Part shown: positions 36,439 to 47,012 of the stretch, piece by piece
How positions within the stretch are numbered: position 1 is the first letter of the stretch
Layout of the letters: every line of letters starts with the position of its first letter
NCBI GenBank assembly: GCA_030390025.1
Contig: JASTWF010000071.1
Span: 992,001 to 1,056,000 of the forward strand
Direction: 5' to 3'
Source of the DNA: Squalus acanthias
Lineage: Eukaryota
DNA: 64,000 nucleotides
Notes under the pieces: model-generated
What the model saw: the letters and a program-made list of their open reading frames with translations, nothing else
Told to the model about the DNA's origin: nothing
The model's database searches: none
Made by a program: the position numbers and the translations under genes

Positions 36439-36747
36439 GCGCTAACTCAGGAGGAGACCGCGGTTGATCTGGGCCTGCATATAATCGAGCGCTATTTCCC
36501 AGTGAAGTGTGTGGTGAAGGAGGAGCTGTGTAAGTCGGAAGGGGCTCAGAGTTACCTCATTTCGTTTTGCGGGTTGACGAAAGATGAGCCCAAAGGGACA
36601 CGTGCGCCGCAAAGCGCGGAGGACTGTGCCTGGGAGCTGATTTATGAAGCGGACAATGTGACAAGAATCCATCCGGTAACAAGAGAGAAGAGGGAAAGTG
36701 AAGAGACACAGGATGCATGGGGATTAGAGGCAGGAACCTTCAACTAA
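36439..36747 (+). CDS. SWSAP1: SWSAP1 exon 2 (to stop codon; ~271 aa in total)
   Basis: Pyrimidine tract + TTTAG acceptor; in-frame ALTQEETAVDLGLHIIERYFPVKC... matches the conserved xxRYFP motif; stop TAA ends at 36747. Confidence 0.8.
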   Translation, partial: ALTQEETAVDLGLHIIERYFPVKCVVKEELCKSEGAQSYLISFCGLTKDEPKGTRAPQSAEDCAWELIYEADNVTRIHPVTREKRESEETQDAWGLEAGTFN

Positions 36748-37924
36748 TTTACAATCTGTTTTCGGAAGGGCATGAGAACAATCAAGTCTCATCAAAGCTC
36801 ACCCTTCTATTAGTGTCCAACTGCATTTCCAACGCACCTCATGTCTTCGTCTCCACTGCCCTACTTGGCATGTTATTCCAAACTCTGCGTTGTGGGAGGG
36901 GCCGTCCTTCGGATGAGACGTTAGACCGAGGCGCTCTCGGGTGGACTAAAAAGTTGTCGGTTGAGTGGAAAAATGTTCAACAGGACAACTCCCCTGATCG
37001 TCTTCAAATACCGCCTTGGGATCTTTTACATCCACCCGAGAGAGCAGACAGGGCCTCGGTTTAATATCACATCCGAAAGACGGTACCCAACAGTGCCTAG
37101 ATATTTATGGCTTGAATCTCTGGAGTGGGGTTTGAACTCACGACCTTCATGACTCTGGGGTGAGAGTGCTATCCACTGAGCCATGGCTGACACGCTCCCT
37201 CTGCTAAGTTTGAGCCTATACCCTCTTGGAGAATCTGTGGCTCTGTTAAACATATTGACGTTTACCCTTTAGGGTCTTGAATACTTTTATCAGGTCACTC
37301 TTCCATGTTAGGCAGGCCTCCAAAGTTCAATGTTCAAAAAATGTAAGGGAAAATGAAAGAAACCAGTGACCAACAGTTTAGGTGGGTGAGGGGAGGGACC
37401 CTAACCTCGGGAAAGAAAATATTAAATGATGTCAAGAAGTTAAATACTTCACACCAAGCCAGGAAAGTTTTTGCTTGATTTAAATGTGTGTAAGATTAAA
37501 TATAGAACAATTATGAGGAGAAACATGGCTACTGATAAGCGTTGCTAGACAACATAATCACAACATTCGTGCTGTTGGATATTATAATTGAGATTACAAG
37601 AGAGAAGATCTTCAATGAGCCTTTTTTCCGACTTTTTTCCCGAAGGTTGGAATAGAGAAGAGACACCGTGCAGAGAGTTAAATGCTGCTCATCTCGGCCT
37701 CCACTGGATGGAGCTGTGCTCTCTGAACTGACTTGAGGGCCTCTCCCGACAGAGTTCCTGCAGTGTCACAGTGGCAGGCCGTTGGGCGGAGACCTCAGCT
37801 TCCAGTGACCTTTGGCAGGCAAAGTCTTAAGTCCTTCGGGTGCTTTCGGCTCCTCAGGTTGCAGCTCAGACGCTCCTTTCAAACGGGCCGAAGTCCCGGT
37901 CAAGTTCCACACCAAAGGATATCA

Positions 37925-39377
37925 AAATAGAAACATAGAAAAATAGGAGCAGGAGTAGGCCATTCGGCCCTTCGAGCCTGCTCCGCCATTCAATATGATC
38001 ATGGCTGATCCTCTATCTCAATACCATATTCCCGCTCTCTCCCCATACCCCTTGATGTCTTTTGTGTCTAGAAATCTATCGATCTCCTTAAATATATTCA
38101 GTGACTTGGCCTCCCCAGCCTTCTGTGGTAGAGAATTCCACAGGTTCACCACCCTCTGAGTGAAGAAATTTCTCCTCATCTCAGTCCTAAATGTCCTACC
38201 CCGTATCCTGAGACTGTGACTCCTCGTTCTAGAGCCCCCAGCCAGGGGAAACATCCTCCCTGCATCCAGTCTGTCGAGCCCTGTCAGAATTTTATACGTT
38301 TCAATGAGATCCCCTCTCATTCTTCTAAACTCTAGTGAATACAGGCCTAGTCGACCCAATCTCTCCTCAGTTTAAATCCCACCATTGTATGTTGTGAAAG
38401 TGAATTCAATAAATCTGGTAATCTGTAGGCTCACACCGGGGAAAAAAAATGACCATGAAAGCAATCTTGATTGTTGCAAAAACTCAACTGGTTCAATGAT
38501 GTCTTCAGTGATGGGAGCCTGCCATCCCTACCCAGTCCAGCCTATGCATGATTTAATGCCCTCTAAAGTGGGTTGCCAAACCACTCTGCTGTGTGAAGAA
38601 GATGAGCACCAATTTGGGGCAACTAGGCACGGGCAATAAATGCAGCCTTGCCACAGTCGCCTACATCCCAAGAACATTTTTTTAAAAATTGGATGTGCCA
38701 GTGACATCTAGTGGCACAATATTGACCCTGCACCAACCTTTTGTCATCATGGGCCATGGAGCTGCAGATGACATAGCATCCAGGGCCACCCACAAAGTCT
38801 CAGTCCTAAATGTCCTACCCTGTGTCCTGAGACTGTGACCCCCTCGTTCTAGAGCCCCCAGCCAGGGGAAACATCCTCCCTGCATCCAGTCTGTCTAGCC
38901 CTGTCAGAATTTTATACGTTTCAATGAGATCCCCTCTCATTCTTCTAAACTCTAGTGAATACAGGCCTAGTCGACCCAATCTCTCCTCATATGACAGTCC
39001 TGCCATCCCAGGAATCAGTCTGGTGAACCTTCGCTGCACTCCCTCTATGGCAAGTATATCCTTTCTTAGGTAAGGAGACCAAAACTGCACACAGTACTCC
39101 AGGTGTGGTCTCACCAAGGCCCTGTACAACTGTCGTAAGACATCCTTGCTCCTGTACTCAAATCCTCTTACAATGAAGGCCAACATACCATTTGCCTTCC
39201 TAACTGCTTGCTGCACCTGCATGTTTGCTTTCAGTGACTGGTGTACAAGGATACCCAGGTCCCTTTGTACATCAACATTTCCCACTCTATCACCATTTAA
39301 ATAACACTCTGCCTTTCTGTTTTTCCTACCGAAGTGGATAACTTCACATTTATCCACGTTATACTGCATCTGCCATG
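37925..39377 (-). mobile_element. Two overlapping young CR1 fragments (37925-38370, 38797-39377)
   Basis: Near-identical to the 9696-10450 copy; RT C-terminal translation. Confidence 0.88.
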
Positions 39378-39717
39378 TAAGGGGTTCTGAGGGTCAGAGG
39401 TAAAGGAATGATGTCACAAACAGAGCGCAATACCCTATATCCATACTTCCAAAGCAATTCATTGGCTCTGAAGCCCTTTGGGACGTCCTGAGGACATGAA
39501 AGGTGCCACATAATGACAAGTTGTTGTTTCTTTCTATAACGCGGGCTATTGTATTGATCCATGATCCTCTCGTCCCCAAGGTCCTTATCCACCATTCCCC
39601 AAACAAGGCCACAGAGAGTACTTTACACCCAGCCCTTGGCAAATAAGGTTAGGCCAGTCATTTTTCTTCCTTCTTCACTGTGGGGAAGTATCTGACCACC
39701 AAGGTCTCACATCCACT

Positions 39718-40357
39718 GACCCCGATTTAACTCCTCTCGCCTGGCAGAAACCGGGGCGGGGGGGGAACAACAGTTAAAATGAGGGCAGTCAATTACCCCT
39801 CTGATCCCGCTGCCTTTCCGCCGTGCCCGCGATCTTAACCTGCTCCTTTGAGCAGGCGAGCGGGACGCCCGCAGGAAGGCTGAGGGATCCTTCTTTAAAG
39901 TTATAGATCGGGTCCCGCTGATATTAGCCGGGGCCCTGAGCGGGGGAAGGGGTAGCAGCGACGGTTTCTCTGACAGGCCAGACCTGTCGGGAGGCGGATC
40001 GTGGCCCAGGCAGGTAAATTTAATTTTCGGCCCAGGGAGTGCTTCCTCCAGGCCTCAGGAGGAAGCCTTGGGCCTCCTTTGCCCCGGGATCACCTCCAGA
40101 ACCCCATCACCTCACTGATGGCCGGTGACCTTTCCCATGGGTCCCCGGATGCGGCCTTCTGCCGCCCGAATTCCTGCTCCCGCCCACCAGCCAGGTATTG
40201 GATCCGGCCGAGTCCAGGCGGATCTCTGGAAAAATTTCCGGAAATGAAGCTCTGCCGGTAAGATCGGCCGGGCCTGCGGGTCCCCAGACTCCCTGGGGTT
40301 CACCGCCCATCTCGGGACTCACGCCCACCATACCCTCCCCCCATTTAAAATCGGGCC
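39718..40357. mobile_element. Probable PIF/Harbinger-type MITE
   Basis: Imperfect TIR GACCCCGATTTAA / TTAAAATCGGGCC; GC-rich interior. Confidence 0.5.
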
Positions 40358-40454
40358 ATTGTGTCAGAGATTGGCCAAGACAGACCTGGGCCTTGCGGTT
40401 GTGCAACACAGCACCCTGGTGAACCAGTGGACGTTCCGCCATTTGCACTTTCAT

Positions 40455-40885
40455 TGTGGGTCAGAATGTTGTGGGTTCAAGTCCCACTCCAGAGACTTGA
40501 GCATAAAAATCTAGGCTGACACTCCCAGTGTAGTGCTGAGGGAGCACCGCACTGTCAGAGGTGCCGTCTTTTGGATGAGACGTTAAACCGAGCCCCCGTC
40601 TGCTCTCTCAGGTGGATGTAAAAGATCCCACGGCACTATTTCGAAGACGAGCAGGGGAGTTATCCCCGGTGTCCTGGGGCCAATATTTATCCCTCAATCA
40701 ACATCACTGAAACAGGTTATCTGGTCATTATCACATTGCTGTTTGTGGGGCCTTGCTGTGCGCAAATTGGCTGCCGCGTTTCCCACATTACAACAGTGAC
40801 TACACTTCAAAAGTACTTCATTGGCTGTGAAGCCCTTTGAGACGGCCTGAGGTCGTGAAAGGCGCTATAGAAATGCAAGTCCTTC
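40455..40885 (+). mobile_element. DeuSINE (SacSINE1-like)
   Basis: Same consensus. Confidence 0.85.
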
Positions 40886-41407
40886 TTCCTTTCCCGGTTT
40901 CTGATTGCTCGACGGCGATCCCCGACTGAAGTGCTCGTGTGCGCACAGTGAGTGGGAAGATGGTCAGGCTGAGCTGTAATGACCCCCATGGTCGAATAGC
41001 CTGCTGATGCTCCCTGACTGGGCTCAACGATGCAGTGTGGTGCTTTGCTCGAGGAACTGGAGGGCGGCCGATCAATGTATTCGAAGGAGATTTGCGGGGG
41101 GGGGGGGGGAAATAAAGAAATGTTTACAGTTTTCTCTAAACTAATGTTTGAATGAAAACAAATAAGTTATGCTTTTTAAAGTTATTTAAAGTCTTGTTAC
41201 AGAATTGTTTTTTGATATTACTGTTTGAACAGAGTCTGCTTATGGTATAAAAATGTGTTGAAAGTTGTTTTTTGTGTTGATATTTGTCAATCTGTATCCT
41301 CCCCCACTTTGCTGGGAAGTACCAGGGAATCTCTGCTCACTAAATCCCAACATTCAATGATGACACACTGGGAAAATCCCCTCAGCACAGGGGGCAACTG
41401 GCATCAC

Positions 41408-42346
41408 AATGATTAAGAAGTTTGCAGATGATACTAAAATCGGCTGGGTGGTTGATACTGAAGAAGGAAGCTGTAGACTGCAGGAAGTTATCAATAAATT
41501 GGTCAGGTGGGCAGAACAGTGGCAAATGGAATTCAATCCGGAGAAGTGCGAGGTAATGCATTTGGGGAGGGCTAACAAGGAAAGGGAATACACATTAAAT
41601 GGTAGGACGCTGAGTAGTGTAGAGGAACAAAGGGACCTTGGAGTGCATGTCCACAGATCCCTGAAGGTAGCAGGCCAGGTAGATAAGGTGGTGAAGAAGG
41701 CATACGGAATGCTTGCCTTTATTAGCCGTGGCATAGATTACAAGAGCAGGGGGGTTATGCTTCAACTGTATAAAACACTAGTTAGGCCTCAGCTAGAGTA
41801 CTGCGTGCAGTTCTGGTCACCACATTACAGGAAAGATGTGATTGCACTAGAGAGGGTACAGAGGAGATTTACAAGGATGTTGCCGGGAGTAGAAAATCTT
41901 AGCTATGAGGAAAGACTGGATAGGCTGAGTCTGTTTTCCTTGGAACAGAGGAGGCTGAGGGGAGACCTTATTGAGGTGTATAAAATTATGAGGGGCCTAG
42001 ATAAAGTGGATAGAAAGGACCTATTTCCCTTAGCAGAGGGGTCAAAAACCAGGGGGCCATAGATTTAAAGTAATTGGGGGAAGGTTTAGAGGGGATTTGA
42101 GGGGAAATTTCTTCACCCAGAGGGTTGTGGGGGTCTGGAGCTCACTGCCTGAAAGGGTGGTAGAGGCAGGAATCCTAACCACATTTAAAAAGTACTTGGA
42201 TGTGCACTTGGGATGCTCCAACCTACAGGGCTACTGACCAAGAGCTGGGAAGTGGGATTAGGCTGGATAGCTCTTTGTTGGCCGGCGTGGACACGATGGG
42301 GTGAAATGGCCTCCTTCCGTGCTGTAACTTTCTATGATTCTATGAT
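41408..42346 (+). mobile_element. CR1 LINE 3' fragment
   Basis: KFADDTK...VRPQLEYCVQFWSP; TTCTATGA tail. Confidence 0.9.
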
Positions 42347-43009
42347 CAGTAGTTCCTACAAGGGACGTCACCAGAGGTTGGGGTCCATCACTTCATCAGT
42401 GAATACCCAGTTTAAATTGACGCCACTGCTCTGTACCCGATCAGAGACTGGTGCTGGGACTGATGTCTGCCATTCATTTCCGTTCCTGGGGTAATCTTTA
42501 GCTCCCTCTCTGAGACACGTCCCTTCGCACTGGTGGGAAACCTCTCAACGTTCAAAGAATTGGGATTCCAATTCCACAACCGTTGTAGCTCGCACCAAGT
42601 CTTGTTCACCCACCACCCCTGTGCTCGCTGACTGACATGAGCAACACCTCAATTTTAAAATTCTCATCCTTGTGTTCAAATCTCTCCGTGGCCTCGCCCC
42701 TCCCTATCTCTGTAAACTCCTCCAGCCCCACAACCCTCTGAGATCTCTGCGCTCCTCCAATTCTGGCCTCTTGCGCATCCCCCGATTTCCATCGCTCCAC
42801 CATTGGCGGCCGTGCCTTCAGCTGCCTCGGCCCTAAGCTCTGGAATTTCCTCCCTAAACCTTGACGTCTCGCCTCTCCTTTAAGATGCTCCTTAAAACCT
42901 ACCTCTTTTACCAAGCTTTTGGTCATCTGACCTAATATCTCATTATGTGTCAAATGTTGTTGGATAACACTCCTGTGAAGTGTCTTGGGACGTTTTACTA
43001 CGTTAAAGG

Positions 43010-43690
43010 TTACATAGGATTACATTACATCGGATATACGGCACAGAAACAGGCCATTCGGCCCAACCAGTCCATGCCGGCATTTATGCTCCACTCGAGC
43101 CTCCTCCCGTCTTTCCTCATCTAACTCTATCAGCATAACCCTCTATTCCCTTCTCCCTCATATGCTTGTCCAGCCTATACTATTCGCTTCAACCACTCCC
43201 TGTGGTAGCGAGTTCCACATTCTCACCACTCTTTGGGTAAAGAAATTTCTTCTGAATTCCCTATTGGATTTCTTGGTGACTATCTTATATTGATGGCCTC
43301 TAGTTATGCTCTTCCCCACAAGTGGAAACATTCTCTCTGTATCCACTCTATCAAAACCTTTCCTAATTTTATAGACCTCTATTAGGTCACCCCTCAGCCT
43401 TCTTTTTTCAGGAGAAAAGAGACCCAGCCTGTTCATCCTTTCCTGATATGTATACCCTCGTATTTCTGGTATCATCCTTGTAAATCTTCTCTGCACCCTC
43501 TCCAGTGCCTCGATATCCTTTTTATAATATGGTGACCAGAACTGCACGCAGTACTCCAAGTGTGGTCTAACCAAGGTTCGATACAGGTTTAGCATAACTT
43601 CCCTACTTTTCAATTCTATCCCTCTCGAAATAAACCCTAGTGCTTGGTTTGCTTTTTTAAGGCCTTGCTAACCTGTGTCTAAACTTTTAA
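43010..43690 (-). mobile_element. CR1 LINE 3' fragment
   Basis: ORF 43158-43613 encodes the CR1 RT C-terminus. Confidence 0.88.
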
Positions 43691-44639
43691 TGATGTATAA
43701 ATATAAGTTGTTGTTGTTCTCATCTATGACCCCCAGCCTACATCAAGACACCACATGGTCCTGGGCTCCAGTTAAACTGCAGTGTCACCACTGGGAGAAT
43801 GTTTGCCAAGTTTACACAGACAGAGTTTCCATTATAAATGTGGGCATAGGAATTTATGATGGGAAATATAAAAATAAGCACAGCATGTAGGGCTTTAACA
43901 TGGGGACTGAATTAGTTCTGTGCGCCCTGGTCCAATTAATTCCAGTTGACCTGAGGACCACATGTGGTCTTGACTCGCCATGTGCAACGCCATGAGAGGT
44001 CGACTAATGCTATTGCAACCGGTCCTTCCCACTGGGCGAGAACTCACAGACGAGATTTGTGCACATTTCTTCTTTGTGGCTGCCCAGGAACACCAACGGA
44101 TGTGAATTTCTCTGAAAACGTGCTTCTTTTGCGCCAGTAAAGCAGCAGAAGTGCGAGAAGCAGCCTCTAATCGTCGTGACGTATTTGCCTGCGTGTGTCA
44201 AGTATTTGGGACAGTAAGTCAAAAATTCAGAGGGAGATAAGCATCCTCAGCTCCCACATGGCTGACTGGGAAGAGATAAACTTATCACGCACATGAACAC
44301 AGTTGCATCTTGGCGCCCATCCAAGTTCAGCTTGTGTACAATAGATGAGAGTCCCCCAGCGTTCCAAGCCCGTGTAATGCTTAACAGGACAGAGCAGTCT
44401 TCTTTTCAAATACTCATGAGCATTTTCTTTTTTTTTCTTTTTTTCCCCCCATCTTTTGGTCTCACCTTTGGTCCCAGCAAGAGGACCATTGCTGGTGACA
44501 CTCTATGCCAGCCACGAGGAAATGTGGCTGAGATGAGGAGAAATTTCTTCACTCGGAGGATTGTGACTCTTTGGAATTCTCTACCCCAGAGGGCAGTGAC
44601 TGCTCAGTCGATGAGTATATTCAAGACTGAGAACGATAG

Positions 44640-45118
44640 TAAAAAAGAAAGACTTGCATTTCTATAGCGCCTTTCACAACCACCAGATGTCTCAAAGCGC
44701 TTTACAGCCAATTAAGTACTTTTTTTTTTGAAGTGCAGTCATTGTTGTAATGTAGGAAACGCGGCAGCCAATTTGCGCACAGCAATCTCCCACAAACAGC
44801 AATGTGATAATGACCAGATAATCTGTTTTAGTGATGTTGATTGAGGGATAAATATTGGCCAGGACACCGGGGAGAACTCCCCTGCTCTTCTTCGAAACAG
44901 TGCCATGGGATCTTTTACATCCACCTGAGAGAGCAGACGAGGCCTCGGTTTAACGTCTCATCTGAAAGACGGCCCCTCCGACAGTGCAGCACTCCCTCAG
45001 TGCAGCACTGGGAGTGTCAGCCTAGCTTTATGTGCTCAAGTCCCTGGAGTGGGACTTAAACTCACAACCTTCTGACTCAGAAGCAAGTGTGCTACCCACT
45101 GAGCCACAGCTGACACAT
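44640..45118 (-). mobile_element. DeuSINE (SacSINE1-like)
   Basis: Full-length reverse copy. Confidence 0.85.
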
Positions 45119-46150
45119 ATACTTACAAAGGGATATAGATAGGTTAAGTGAGTGGGCAAAAATTTGGCAGATGGAGTATAATGTGGGAAAGTGTGGGGTT
45201 ATCCACTTTGGTAGGAAGAATAGAAAAGCAAAATATTATTTAAATGGAGAGAGACTACAAAATGCTGCGGTACAGAGGGATCTGGGCGTCCTCGTACATG
45301 AAACAAAAAGTTAGCACGCAGGTACAGCAAGTAATTAGGAAGGCAAATGGAATGTTGGCCCTTATTGCAAGGGGGATGGAGTATAAAAGTAGGGAAGTCT
45401 TGCTACAACTGTGCAGGGCGTTGGTGAGACCACACCTGGAGTACTGCGTACAGTTTTGGTCTCCTTATTTAAGGAAGGATATACTTGCATTGGAGGCAGT
45501 TCAGAGAAGGTTCACTAGGTTGATTCCTGAGATGAAAGGGTTGTCTTATGAGGAAAGGTTGAGCAGGTTGGGCCTATACTCATTGGAGTTTAGAAGAATG
45601 AGAGGTGATCTTATTGAAACATATAAAATTCTGAGGGGGCTTGACAGGGTAGATGCAGAGAGGATGTTTCCCCTCGTGGGGGAATCTAGAACTAGGGGGC
45701 ATAGTTTCAGGATAAGGGGTCACCCACTTAAGATGGAGATGAGGAGGAATTTCTTCTCTCAGAGGGCCGTGAATCTTTGGAATTCTCTACCCCAGAGGGC
45801 TGTGGAGGCGGAGTCAATGAATATATCAAGGCGGAGATAGACAGATATTTGAGCTACAGGGGAGTCGAGGGTTATGGGGAACAGGCAGGAAAGTGGAGTT
45901 GAGGCCAAGATCAGATCAGCCATGATTTTATTGAGTGGCGGAGCAGGCTCGAGGGGCCGAATGGCCTACTCCTGCTCCTATTTCTTTTGTTCTTATGTTC
46001 TTATTTTGGGGCACTAGGGGAATCAAGGGATGTGGGGGATCGGGTGGGAAAGTGGAATTGATGTTGACGTTCAGCCATGATCTTACTGAATGGCGGAGCA
46101 GGCTCGAGGGGCCGTATGGCCTACTCCTGCTTCTATTTCTTCTGTTCTTG
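45118..46150 (+). mobile_element. CR1 LINE 3' fragment with doubled 3' end
   Basis: ORF 45244-45840; two 3' stem-loop modules. Confidence 0.88.
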
Positions 46151-47012
46151 TGTGATAAACACCTCGGGTTGACTCGTCCACTGATTTTTCATTGACACTC
46201 CGTGTTGGTGGGGAGGACACCATTCAGTCTCTTTACAGAAACTGGGTTCTCCGTTGACTGTCAGTGTGCCTGACTCCGAGACAATGGAGCATCTATCACA
46301 GCTTCGTGAGTTTCTCCCCTTCTTTCTCTTAAAGGGATAGTGCTCCACTGGAACCAATTGATCCAGTCCCTCAGCAAAGTATCTGTTCCTCGTGTGTGAG
46401 CCCAGGCAGTGAGTGTGAGTGGTCCACTCGACCAAGTCTAATCCCAGCCTCATCCCACTTCCTAACCAGCACACTGTCCAACGGGAGAAGCTAGCTGGTG
46501 TCGGGAACAGGAAACTTGGCTGATTCTTCCCTCCCCTACTCCAGGGGAACTGACAGCTAAACGCAGCAACCCCAACATCTGCCCCGAGATGCAGCAAGCC
46601 AAATGGGCACGGACCAAGGATTGGACTTGGAACCATTCTTTGGGCTCAGCAGCACAACCAGTGGTGCATTAAGCCATCGGGGCAGCAGAATTGGCTGGGC
46701 CGAGGAGGCACATTTCCCTAAATTAGTACAAAAATGAATAGAAGGTAAACAGGACATTCAGAAAGGATAAGAACATAAGAACATAAGAACATAAGAAATA
46801 GGAGCAGGAGTAGGCCAATCGGCCCCTCGAGCCTGCTCCGCCATTCAATAAGATCATGGCTGATCTGATCCTAACCGCCAATCTACTATCTATCACAGAA
46901 CCATCTCCTGCATCTAACAGAATTGCACACACGAAATAGGAGCAGAATCAGGCTACACGGTCCCTGGGCCCGCTCCACTACCCACAGGGCCATGACCGAT
47001 CCGAACCTAGAC

